Positions 22,001-31,631 of a stretch of DNA of 64,000 nt are shown here, in pieces. Origin of the DNA: Tetramitus jugosus (taxonomy: Eukaryota; Protista; Heterolobosea); assembly GCA_937625935.1 (NCBI GenBank), contig OW569375.1:124001-188000 (forward strand). Direction: 5' to 3'. Below the pieces are notes generated by a model. That model was not told the DNA's origin, searched no databases, and saw nothing but the letters and a program-made list of their open reading frames with translations. The position numbers were made by a program, and so were the translations under genes. Each line of letters begins with the position of its first letter. The first letter of the stretch is position 1.

Positions 22001-25000
22001 CTTGCAACAAATCAGAACCGCTATCAATGACTTGAATCAAAGATTGGAGAGAAAGGGTAGTGAGATTGACCAATTGAAGCAACGTATCACTGAATCCGAA
22101 TTGCAAATGCAAAGAATCTCCGGTGACGTCAAGGGTAAGGAGAATGACATTTCCAAGTACACCAAGCGTGTTCAAAACTTGAACAAGGATTTGAGAGACT
22201 TGAAGGACAAGTTGGACAATGATCACAATGAAACTTTGGGACAAGTTCAAGTCCAAAGAAACTTGGATAACAAGTGGAGAGAAGCTCAAGCTCAATTGGA
22301 AGCCGAAGAAAGAATCAAGCTCGACAAGGAGACCGAGATCAAGAAGGCTGACGAAGAGTTGTCCAAGCTCGACAAGGACTTGAACAAGATCAGAAAGTCT
22401 GGCTCTGCTCTTGAAACTGACATTGACAAGATCAGAAAGGAAAAGACAACTTTGGCTGAAAACATTTACACCAAGCAAAAGGAACTCGAAGACTTGCAAA
22501 GACAAAAGCAACAAGCTGATGCCTCCAACATGGACTGGCAACGCAAGTTGGATGAAGAAACCAGAAACAGACAATCTGCTGAGACCAAGCAAAGAATGTT
22601 GAAGAGTGATATCTCTGACAGCGCATCCAAGAGTGCTCAAGCAATTGAGACCAACAGCAACTTGGAAGACATTATCAGTCAATTGAAGAACCAAATTGCT
22701 GATTTGCAAGACAAGATGAAGTCTTTGACCGATCAAAAGGCTGAAGCTCAATCAAAGAATGATGAGTTGAACAGAACTTTGAAGGACACCAGATTCAACT
22801 TGGAAGATGAATTGCAAAGAACCAAGACTGACTTGGACCGTGCTAATAAGAAGTACGAGGCTGCTATGAGAGACTTCAACGATCAAGTAGATCAAGCCAA
22901 CCAAGCTAAGGCTGCTTTGGAGAAGAAGTTCCGTCAATCTGACAATGATCAAAGAACATTGAAGAGACAATTCGATGAATTGACCAGACAATTGAACGAA
23001 GCTGAGTCCAAGATCAGAAAGCTCGAACAAGAGTTGAACGATGGTGACCAAGGCAAGGAGTCCATCAGAAGAGACATTACTCAAGTCGAGAATGAGAAGA
23101 GAGAACTTGAGAGCGCAAAGAAGGATTTGGAGTCTCAATTGCAAGCCACCAAGGATGACCTTGCAAGAACTGCCTCATCCAGAAAGCAACTCCAAGTCGA
23201 ATTGGACAATGAGAAGGAAAGACTCTCTGGATTGGAGGGCGAGAAGGAAGCTTTGGAACAAGCAAAGAGCTCTAATGATGCCAAGAAGAAGAAGCTCGGC
23301 GAGGAGTTGACTGCTGAGAAGAACGCTCAAGGTTCATTGAGATCTGAGTTGCAATCCACCACCTCCAGCTTGGAAGACTTGCAAAGCAAGTACTCTCAAT
23401 TGCAAGGACAAGTTGAATCAGCTTCTGGTGACTCTAAGTCATTGGGTGACAGAATCCAAGAATTGAACTCTGAATTGGAGAATGAGAGATCTGCCAAGCT
23501 CTCTCTTGAGAAGAAGAAGAGATCATTGGAGACTGATATTAAGAAGCTCAAGGAAGACTTGTCTAACGAGCAAGAAAAGTTGAAGAGAGAACAAGCTCAA
23601 AAGCAAAGCGTTGAAGGTGCTTTGAGAGACTCCCTTGCTGCTCAAGAAAGTGAAAAGAGAGCTAACGAAGACTTGCAACGTCAATTGTCAGACTTGCAAT
23701 CTGAACTTCAATCTACCAAGAAGAAGTTGGCTGATTCTGATGAGAAATTCAGTCAACTCAAGGGAGATAGGGCTGAGCTCAAGAGATGCAAGGAGGAGTT
23801 GGACGAGGAACTCGAAGAGTTGCAAGGACAATTGTCTGATCATGAGAAGGAGTTGAAGTCTGTTGAAGCTAAGTTGAGAGACGAGAACAACAAAGCAACT
23901 CAACTCACTGCCCAAAGAGGTCAACTCGAAACTGAAAACAACAGATTGAAGTCCGAGTTGGATAGAGTCAGAGAAGAAGTCGGTTTGGACAAGAAGAACT
24001 TGTTGAACGCTATTGATCAACTCAAGACTCAATTGGCTCAACAACAGTCCGATAAGGAACGTGAGATCAAGAAGTTGTCTGATGAACGTAATGACTTGAA
24101 GAATGACTTGAAGTCATTGAAGAAGAAGTTGGATGCTTCTGCCAAGGACCCTCACAACACCAAGGAGTATGAGAACTTGAGAAGAGACTACGAATTGCAA
24201 TTGACCAAGCTCAAGAAGCAATACGAAGAAGAACAAACTGCAAGAATGGACTCTGAGGCAAAGAAGAAGATGATTGAAACTCAAATCGAAGACTTGAAGA
24301 ATCAATTGAGCAATGCTGAGAAGAGCAGAAAGAAGGTTGAAACTCAAAAGAGACAACTCGCCATGGAAGTTGATGAACTCAGAGACTTGGCTGAAGAAGC
24401 CGACAACTTGAGAGAAGAAATTGTTCACTTGAAGGGTGACGGTGAAGTCTTGTTGACCTCATTGAAGTCTGACTTGTTGAGCGAGAGAACTCGCAGAATC
24501 CAAAGCGAGGAGAGCTCTTCCAGAACCAAGAGAGAAAATGAAGACATCAAGTCTGACTTGCAACTCGAGAGAACCAAGGTTGAAGATCAACAAAGAAGAC
24601 TCCAACAACAGTACGAAGCTGAAATCGAAGACTTGCACCAACTTTTGGCAAAGTCCAAGAGAGACAAGGCTTCCGACTCTCGTTCATCCAAGAAGAACGA
24701 CAGAGAAGTTAAGGAGTTAGCTAGAAAGGTCCAACAAGAGCAAGAAGAAAAGACTGAAGCTCTCACTAAGGCTTCTCAAATCGAACGTGATGTTAAGAAC
24801 TTGAAGATTAAGCAAGATCAAGCCTCTGTTACTTTGAACAAGATCGAAGCTGACAAGAGAAGATTGGAGCAAACTGCCCAATCCCTCAAACAAAGAGCAA
24901 TTGACTTGGAAGACGAAATTGCTCGTTTGAGAGCTGATGCTGATGATGAGAGAGTCAGAAGAACAAAGTTGAACAAGAGAGCAAGTGCTTTCCGTGATGA

Positions 25001-25010
25001 AGATTATTAG
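19071..25010 (+). CDS. Myosin II heavy chain
   Basis: GESGAGKT P-loop, LEAFGNAKT, NNNSSRFGK, DIAGFE, QLRCNGVLEG, IQ-like neck, WPWFQLY..KPL, then about 1080 aa of heptad coiled coil. Confidence 0.97.
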   Translation: MDVTDQIQDNTDGGRRRRRRADKGDATAAEDSPSPTPTAAATDAAPTEGRRRRRDKDSSAESGTDSSTPAAAATASASTPATKRVAAVDDEEPLQSDDAVESKFRWIPDEEQGFILSEIEKQEGKLIYYRNDQGEMKSCDAKTVCKVNPPHLDGIADMAGLSYLSEASVLHNLRTRYDRNQIYTYSGLFLVVINPYKNLPIYTTEMVKKYQGRRKDDVDPHVFAVSDAAYRQLLQNQRDQSMLVTGESGAGKTENTKKVIQYLTQVAGSGTGGGKLEQQLIQTNPLLEAFGNAKTLRNNNSSRFGKFIEIDFNAKGYIAGTKIDHYLLETTRVTSQNNDERNFHIFYQVTSDADTRKKYFLQTAGNYKYLAGSGCLVVEGINDEREFKDTIESMRIIGMTESEIDSTLTTIAVILHLGNIEFAANHDDLSVIKDRDPLNLASKLLGVNPDTMLQALQNPTYKVGNQNIQRHVTPKEAKANLDSLVKSIYLRLFEWLVARINQSLATTEKIKNFIGVLDIAGFEIFEHNSFEQLCINFTNEKLQQFFNNHMFKKEQEEYAEERIQWTFQDFGLDLQPTIDLIEAVPQGVLDILNDVSKFNGATDENFCTQVVKVHDKKPVFSRFKFDQLSFVVKHYAGEVTYNTRQWLVKNVDPLNDDCRACMQRASNDFVKKMFSTAEDLDARMRSTKKSTVAFKYTVQLTKLMDNLRRTEPHFIRCIKPNEVKKPGIIDAQSVMDQLRCNGVLEGIRISRQGYPGRIKYQDFVKRYSLLVPARELEEHATAKAKTEYIVKSKGLEYIKMYQMGLNKIFLKSGIEAKLEEFREGKLNGIIITAQAALKGAVGRKRYANLLKQVSSAQMLQKNWRAYMRLKEWPWFQLYQRCKPLIQKVLEERKLRDARKQIEDLKNRIATEVDNQKKSEEAKQTLTRDLEKMRAEIELSNDKFDRLNQQYLDLKDELVAKERERSIFTNDKESAISSLQQIRTAINDLNQRLERKGSEIDQLKQRITESELQMQRISGDVKGKENDISKYTKRVQNLNKDLRDLKDKLDNDHNETLGQVQVQRNLDNKWREAQAQLEAEERIKLDKETEIKKADEELSKLDKDLNKIRKSGSALETDIDKIRKEKTTLAENIYTKQKELEDLQRQKQQADASNMDWQRKLDEETRNRQSAETKQRMLKSDISDSASKSAQAIETNSNLEDIISQLKNQIADLQDKMKSLTDQKAEAQSKNDELNRTLKDTRFNLEDELQRTKTDLDRANKKYEAAMRDFNDQVDQANQAKAALEKKFRQSDNDQRTLKRQFDELTRQLNEAESKIRKLEQELNDGDQGKESIRRDITQVENEKRELESAKKDLESQLQATKDDLARTASSRKQLQVELDNEKERLSGLEGEKEALEQAKSSNDAKKKKLGEELTAEKNAQGSLRSELQSTTSSLEDLQSKYSQLQGQVESASGDSKSLGDRIQELNSELENERSAKLSLEKKKRSLETDIKKLKEDLSNEQEKLKREQAQKQSVEGALRDSLAAQESEKRANEDLQRQLSDLQSELQSTKKKLADSDEKFSQLKGDRAELKRCKEELDEELEELQGQLSDHEKELKSVEAKLRDENNKATQLTAQRGQLETENNRLKSELDRVREEVGLDKKNLLNAIDQLKTQLAQQQSDKEREIKKLSDERNDLKNDLKSLKKKLDASAKDPHNTKEYENLRRDYELQLTKLKKQYEEEQTARMDSEAKKKMIETQIEDLKNQLSNAEKSRKKVETQKRQLAMEVDELRDLAEEADNLREEIVHLKGDGEVLLTSLKSDLLSERTRRIQSEESSSRTKRENEDIKSDLQLERTKVEDQQRRLQQQYEAEIEDLHQLLAKSKRDKASDSRSSKKNDREVKELARKVQQEQEEKTEALTKASQIERDVKNLKIKQDQASVTLNKIEADKRRLEQTAQSLKQRAIDLEDEIARLRADADDERVRRTKLNKRASAFRDEDY

Positions 25011-25151
25011 ATTATATCAAAGTAATTCAGTTGTAAAAAAAATAAATGTTGTCAAGTTAATTAATTCAATGGTGACTGTTTCTTCTCAGCTGAGGCAATG
25101 ACCAGAACAACGAACAACGAACAACATTGTCATAAAAATACGAGAATAAAT

Positions 25152-26924
25152 TTATCGTCGCTTCTTGGCAAACTTCTTTTCCAAAGATTGGTGTGTTGGG
25201 TTGGCAAAGGCAGAACTTGAGCCATCCTTATCTTCGAGTCTGTTGGGTGGTCTCTTCTGGAAATCAAAGTTAATCCTCTGTGGTGTTCGAGCTCGAGTGG
25301 AGGTTCTTATCTTTGCTTCCTCCTCCTCAGATAGTCGAACCTTCTGGTTGAGTGATGTAGCAGAAGGTCTTGGAGTGCGGTCTCGATGCACAACAGGCAC
25401 ACTGAATTGTGAGTAGTCGTCTGGTAACTCATACAGCAGTCTCTTCCAACGTTCAATCAAATATTTTGCCTTCTTTTTGTTGTCTATTGTTTCCTTTGGA
25501 TGAGACGCTAGCATACCAACAGCTCGCGTAATACCAATAGTCTTTTCAATCAACTCCTTTGTAATTCCGTCGTCTTCATGTTCTTCATTGTCTCTTGACC
25601 TCTTTCCAGAGTGCTTGTCGCCTTGAATTGGCAACTTTGTCAAAATATCTAGTACAGCATTTCTGAGATTGATATTGGGCAATTGTTTGTGAGGTGGAGT
25701 TAACCAGTTTGCCAATATGGCCAAGAAATCTCTGTCCAACAAAGGTTGTTGTAAATACACTTTGGATGCAGCCTTTTGAACCTCTGACAGCATGCTAAGC
25801 TTAGCCATTGCAGGTTGTCTGTTCTGCATACTAATCTTGTCCTGTTCAATCGCAAAAGACATTTTTGCAATCAAATCATCGGCCAATCGAGCAGCTTCAT
25901 CATCAATCTGTGTCAGTTCACCTGTTGTGTGTCTCTTGGTCTTAATTCGTTCCAAAACCTGTGCAAATTCACTATTTCCACTCCTTCTGGACTCTGATGA
26001 TGCACTAAATGTCTCATCTTCATCATCTGCAATGACACTAGACGATGCTCTTGCACTCGAAGAAGATACATCATCCTCCTCATCATAATCGGCTGGCGTA
26101 CTGCTCGATGATGATTTTTTGCCCTTCTTCTTCTTCTTTTTTTTCTTCTCTTCTCCGTCATCACCCTCGCCTTCTTCTTCTTCTTCTTCATTGTCGTCTT
26201 CACTCGATGTTTTTTGCTTCTTGTTCAATCGCTTGGAAGTTCTCTTCTTCTTGTTGTTGGACTTGCTCTTCTGTTCGTCTTCATCACCCATAATTTCATC
26301 TGCTTGATAATCTTCGTCTTCTTCTTCTTCGTCTTCCTGTTGTTCTTCATTGTCATTTTCACCGGATTCATTCTCGGGAGATGTCTTGGAGGAACGCTTT
26401 CTCTTCTTCTTGCTGCTGTCCTTATTCTTTTGTTTTTCAGACTTGCTTGTTTTTGATTCATAATCGTCTTCTTCATCTTCAAACTCGATGCCTGTTGATG
26501 AAGAGGCTTCTTCTTCTTCTTCTTCTTCTGCTTCAGTTGCCGTTGTTGTTGTTGGTGGTGGTGAAGATGATTCTTCTTGTTGCTCAGTAGCTGATGATTC
26601 TGTTGATGATGATGGTGGTGGTGATGATGATGATGATTCCTTTTCTTCTCCATCATTGTTTTCATCATTTTCAACATGATCAGTTGTTGTGGCAGTAGAT
26701 GCAATTGCTGTTGTTGTTGATTGATCGTTATCACCATTGTCATCAATGTTTGTTGTTTGTTTATTTTCAGTTTCTTGTTCTTCTTCTTGATTCACATTTT
26801 TTTCGATTTGATTGTCATTCTGGCCTTCATCGTCATTCTCTGCTTGTTGTTGAGAGTTGTTGGTTTTGGTCTTTGGAAGACGACTAGGGTCTGAAACCGG
26901 TGAAACAAATGATTTTCTGCCCAT
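25152..26924 (-). CDS. IWS1: Transcription elongation factor IWS1/Spn1
   Basis: Acidic disordered N-terminus; PAMAKLSML, WL.P....LPNINLR..VLDIL..LPI, HPKET..NKKKA..LIERW, RARTP. Confidence 0.9.
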   Translation of the reverse strand: MGRKSFVSPVSDPSRLPKTKTNNSQQQAENDDEGQNDNQIEKNVNQEEEQETENKQTTNIDDNGDNDQSTTTAIASTATTTDHVENDENNDGEEKESSSSSPPPSSSTESSATEQQEESSSPPPTTTTATEAEEEEEEEASSSTGIEFEDEEDDYESKTSKSEKQKNKDSSKKKRKRSSKTSPENESGENDNEEQQEDEEEEDEDYQADEIMGDEDEQKSKSNNKKKRTSKRLNKKQKTSSEDDNEEEEEEGEGDDGEEKKKKKKKKGKKSSSSSTPADYDEEDDVSSSSARASSSVIADDEDETFSASSESRRSGNSEFAQVLERIKTKRHTTGELTQIDDEAARLADDLIAKMSFAIEQDKISMQNRQPAMAKLSMLSEVQKAASKVYLQQPLLDRDFLAILANWLTPPHKQLPNINLRNAVLDILTKLPIQGDKHSGKRSRDNEEHEDDGITKELIEKTIGITRAVGMLASHPKETIDNKKKAKYLIERWKRLLYELPDDYSQFSVPVVHRDRTPRPSATSLNQKVRLSEEEEAKIRTSTRARTPQRINFDFQKRPPNRLEDKDGSSSAFANPTHQSLEKKFAKKRR

Positions 26925-27122
26925 TGTCTGTGTCAATCTGAGTGCGCGTTTGTTGTTTTGAGAGTTGTTCGTTTGTGTGGAAAACGGGGCAAGATCTGTT
27001 TTTTTGTTATTTTGACGATTCTTCTGCAAGATTGTCCGCCGAACATTTGAGAGACGGTTTCAGGTTGACCTGCGAACGCGAGTTTTATTGAGAGATATAG
27101 CCCCGCGCAGTAGTTGCCAAAC

Positions 27123-27231
27123 CCTCCGATAAAGTGGGTTGGTCTGTTGCGATACGCAATGTGATGTAGGAACATCACAACCCAAAAGAAACAGACCAAA
27201 CTGTCGTGTCCCACTATTTCAAAGTTGGAGG
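27123..27231. ncRNA. Candidate structured RNA element, unassigned
   Basis: Three nested stems (8 bp including G-U, 6 bp, 10 bp) capped by a junction with two hairpins. Confidence 0.4.
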
Positions 27232-27837
27232 AGCTGGTCCACAGAAGGTGAGCGCCCGAATCCGACTAGGAAATCATGTCAAAATTACAGTGCGACATAA
27301 CTGACATCATATAAATAGGCAACCTTGTTTACAGTTTGTTGGTCGAGAACCCTCAAATGTACAACAACAACCTTTGATTTTCGAACCCTTGATCCTGTCA
27401 CATTGGTAAAACATAGGTGAAACCATTCGCTGAAACGAAAATGCAGTGTAGCACATGATCATACTGTCAGTAGTATTTAGACTTGGATGAACGCTTACTG
27501 TGCTCTGAATTGTGCTCCAGTACCTAAACAACTTTGTGTACTACTACTCGGAACAGCCTTCATTCTTGTTTCAATGTGGGAATGATCATCAGTAGTTTCG
27601 TAGTTGTTGGTACAGCCGACAACGCAAACAATCTACCGACCCATCACATGTCGGCCCAAGATTGGTTCTTTCGATCATTCAAGTTTAGAAACTACAGCCG
27701 GCGGGACCCTCGCATGCGCGGAGGCATTCGACATCCTGTAACCTTCGCTGTGCAGCTAACAGCTGTTTCAAAAAACCCTGAAAACCCAACAACAACAAAC
27801 AACAACACCAACATCTCATAGATAATTAACTTATACC

Positions 27838-28344
27838 ATGGCAGCACAGAAACATAATATTAATTCTCAGGGAGACATCAACAGCCTCTCACCATTAGAA
27901 TGTCCTTCCAACAAAACCAATAACAACAACAGTCAACAGCGGTTGAGCAGTAGGTTGCAATTGTTTTTCCACAATATTATAGGCTATAATAATGGAACAT
28001 CCCCTGTTTCATGCTCACCCTCAAGACAAGAGTCATTTGTTGTTGCAACTGCATGTCATGATGCAAACAACAACAACAACAAGGACAACTATACGAATAA
28101 ACGACAAACTGCATCTTCAAAGTCACTATTCTCAATGAACGGAATGGAGCAGAGTCGCCATGACTGTTCAGACAGTGCTAGCAACAACAGCAGAAAATCA
28201 AGAGTGCTATCTCTCCAAATCAAAACCAATGTGGACAGAAGAAGTAGTAGTAATAGTAGTAGTAGTAGTGCTAGGCAATATCCATTGACACCGACAACGC
28301 CTGAATCTCCATTCTATCCGCTAGGTCTCAACTCAAGTTCATAG
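27838..28344 (+). CDS. Hypothetical low-complexity protein
   Basis: 168-aa ATG ORF with Asn/Ser tracts typical of genes here and a C-terminal PLTPTTPESPFY; no domain recognised. Confidence 0.45.
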   Translation: MAAQKHNINSQGDINSLSPLECPSNKTNNNNSQQRLSSRLQLFFHNIIGYNNGTSPVSCSPSRQESFVVATACHDANNNNNKDNYTNKRQTASSKSLFSMNGMEQSRHDCSDSASNNSRKSRVLSLQIKTNVDRRSSSNSSSSSARQYPLTPTTPESPFYPLGLNSSS

Positions 28345-28648
28345 ATGGAGAACAATGAATGACCGATCGGTCGCTGATGCAGGACGAGAAAAAAATGAGT
28401 GGTTGAGATTTAGCATCATTTGTGATTGGTACCACATGACAGTGTACTCACGGTCTCCCAAGTCGCATTCAGAGTGAATTGTTTTTGGGAGTTGCATCAA
28501 ACTTTTTTTCTTCAAGGGAAGAACAAAACGAAGACACTACCTAACAAGCTTAACCACACATGAGAGCTAGCACAACATGAATCATACAAGACATTAAAGA
28601 GAACTTTCTTTGTACATATGAGACATGTTGAGATTTTTTATACATAGT

Positions 28649-29483
28649 TTAAAAGTCAAAATCCAAGGTGTTATTGTTGCCTGTGGAGGTGTTGCCACTT
28701 GTTGATGATGGTGCAGCACCTCTAGCACGAGAACGACCAGAGGATGGAGGTGGTGCAAATGAAAGCGATGTAGCACTGGCTGCTGCGGATGATCGCTCAG
28801 TGCCGGATGTACTGGCAGTGTTCAACTTGCCCTTGGTTTTCACCTTGAAATTCACCTTAATCTTCTCGCCATCAGTCAATGAGTAATCAGTCTTTGGCTC
28901 ATTGTCAAAGTCAGGTGCTGGTTGACTCATACGAGTTGTGTGTCTGTTTGGTAAATCAATCGAATATCATATGATGCAGCAATGATGATGATGGAGGTGA
29001 GTACATGACGCAATTTAAAAAAAATAGTTGTTGTTCGAGAAAAAAACAGCATGTTGGTCAATCAACAACAGCTGCATCTGACGCAACAACAACAACAACA
29101 ACAGCATTCACATACTTTTCATGATCTTGCAATGCAACATTGAAATCAAAGGCATCACTTCTCTCGGAGAATCCAATACCAATGAACGCATGTCTTCCTG
29201 TTCTTGCGTCTTCAATTCTCAACACAAAATATCTGCTGCTGTCGGTCACTGCTTCCACTGAACCCTTTCCATTGACATGACACGTGGCAAAATTTCTACC
29301 AGTTTGTGGGTCTTCGAGACGAACTTCACACTTGTCACCAATGGCCACTACTTTACATCTGCCAGACCACAAATGATTTGCTGTCCAGCCTTCTGCTTTG
29401 TAACCCTCTGATGATTGCATAGGAGGGATTCTAAACACGTGAACCTCTTGAATCGTGCACAATATTTGTTCGTAATCGTCCAT
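28649..29483 (-). CDS. NECAP: Adaptin ear-binding coat-associated protein (intron 28944-29115)
   Basis: VHVFRIPP..GYKA.GW, VEAVTDSSRYFVLRI, HAFIGIGFSERSDAFDFNVALQDH, DYSL.DGEKIKVN; GTATGT/CAG intron in frame. Confidence 0.93.
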
Positions 29484-29670
29484 TTTTGAGTTGTGATGGT
29501 GGTGATGATGCTTTTTGATAAGGTTTGCAGAACAATCAACGTTGCTTGAAGAACCATCCCCAAAAAAGATTCTTTTTCGGCGCGGAATTATGATCCAGTT
29601 ACAATCGAACTGAAAATTTACAGAAAAGTGGCGGTAAACACAACGCACATTTTCTTGAAAGAACTGCACG

Positions 29671-30052
29671 ATGGTATGTTATCAATTTTGCCTAGTTGAT
29701 ATTTCAATAAAATTATTAACACCAGTTCAATCTCTAACATTCTCTTGATCTGATATAGTCTGAGATTGAAGAAACATTAAAGAGAATAACTTCTCATAAA
29801 GGAGTAACAGGAATTGTGATCGTTAATTCAGAGGGAATTCCAATTCGTTCCAATCTTGACAATGATGATAAAGTGAAATATGCAAGTTTAATTACTCAGC
29901 TAACAGCAAAAGCTCGAAGTGTTGTGAGGGACATTGATGCCACCAATGATCTGACCTTTTTACGAGTGAGAACCAAGAAGGACGAAATTCTCATTGCACC
30001 TGATAAGGAGTATATTCTAATTGTGATTCAGAATACGAACTTCGAAAACTAG
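29671..30052 (+). CDS. DYNLRB: Dynein light chain roadblock (intron 29674-29758 directly after ATG)
   Basis: ATG|GTATGT..CTAAC..TAG|TCTGAGATT gives [45 protein letters not shown]. Confidence 0.95.
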
Positions 30053-30172
30053 TGATATCTCGTAGCGAGTGTACAAATAGAATACAACTGTAAATTTGAC
30101 TCATTCTCATCTATATTTTGTACATTTATTCACTGTGTGTTGAGTAACTAAATTCAACAGACGTATATTGGA

Positions 30173-31335
30173 TTAGAACCATGTGTTCTGCATTGAAAAG
30201 AGGCGATTATTCTGGCGCGCCTTTGCTTCATTCACGTATCTTGTGGCTTTGCTCGTTGGAGGAAGATTTGTAACAGCTTTGAGAGCTGGCCTATTTGCTC
30301 TTGTGTTTTGTAACTTTGTTGTGCTGGCAATCGAGCTTCCAATGTGGAACTTGCTGGGTGATTTGCCAGTCAGATCATAATCGAAAAAGTTGCCGGTTGT
30401 TGATCTGTTTGGATTCGTTGGGGGCTTCGAAAGGAGCTTACATGGTGTAGTCGTAGACTTATTCACAGTTCTTGGCACTTGATCCCGATCTTCATACACT
30501 GAAAAAGGTTTTGCACTTGTTTTTTCAGGTACCTTTGTTGTGACAAGTCTAGCTGATCTTCTGGCATCCATTCTCTTCTCCATTTGTTTCCTATTTTCGA
30601 TAATCTTACTCTCGGCAGCAATCTGATCAGCAGCGCTTGAATACTCTGGGCCAATCATTAGACTGACAGCGTTAGACCGAATCTTGGGTGAATGAGGATT
30701 CCTGAGTGTGGACAGTTGCGATTGTTTCATTAGGCGGGGAGTTTTTGCAGGACTTCGCATGACAACATCCCCATCATTCTCATACTCGGTCATATATTTC
30801 ATGGTGTCGTTATCGCCATTTCTGAGTGTTCTGAATGAAAGGGGAGGAGAGACTGTTGCGGATGTAGTCGTATGAAATGAAAATATATCAGAATGACAAT
30901 TACTCTTATACTTTGTTGAAGCACCAAATAAATCAGTACTCAGTGTTGTATGATTGGAGCTCATTAATTGAGTGTTTGGGGGAGATTGATATGCAGATAA
31001 TTGAGTAGTGAATTGAGGAGATTGATAGCGTTTGTTATCACAGCTCGATCCATGAATCACAAATGGAGAAAAACTGTTTCAAAGTAATGACATTAGTTAA
31101 GTTAATAAACGAGATCATCAGTGACACATAGGGCAACTTGTTCAAAGACATACACTGAAGGGGAGGAGCTGGCTGCACACGAAGAAAACTGAGGCCGGAA
31201 TGATGGCGGAGACAACGATCGGTTGTTGATGTTATGTTGTCCCACAGGTGACACAGCAGAATTCCTTTTTGCAAATGCACTCATAAACTCATCTGCATAT
31301 TTTGTGTCGAAAATTTCATGGTGGTTGCGGCTCAT
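30173..31335 (-). CDS. Disordered protein with ABBA motif and D-box (intron 31074-31153)
   Basis: GTATGT..CTAAT..CAG intron joins the 77-aa and 295-aa ORFs; KPFSVYED, RPALKAVTN and many SP/TP sites. Confidence 0.7.
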
Positions 31336-31631
31336 GTGTGTTGTTAAGCAGTAATTCCGTTTCGAGTGTTTGATGATGTACGAATGGTGTTCGTGTTGTT
31401 GAAATTTCGAAGAGGCAGAATTGAAGAAACAGTGTAACGGTAAAAATTTTGAAGAGCGGAAAATTGCAATTTACTGTGGTTTTTGGCGGATGACAGCTAA
31501 TCCCATATTCATACATTGAGAACTAGAGCACGTTCTCGTGCCATCTCATGAAAATCTGATGACCCTATCTTGAGCCATCAGAATTCTTCTTTGATATTGA
31601 CCAAATGTGTAACTGTACAATGTGTACTTAA

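Noticed and set aside
19419-24641. Long antisense ORFs (309-373 aa) opposite myosin; similar ones opposite PP2A-A, eRF1 and CCT
   Set aside because: Expected shadow of strong codon bias (few TTA/CTA/TCA codons on the sense strand); the translations have no protein-like features
27450-27520. Possible C/D snoRNA (ATGATCA...CTGA with AGCACA/TGTGCT ends)
   Set aside because: Box C is mismatched, K-turn spacing is poor and I cannot identify an rRNA target
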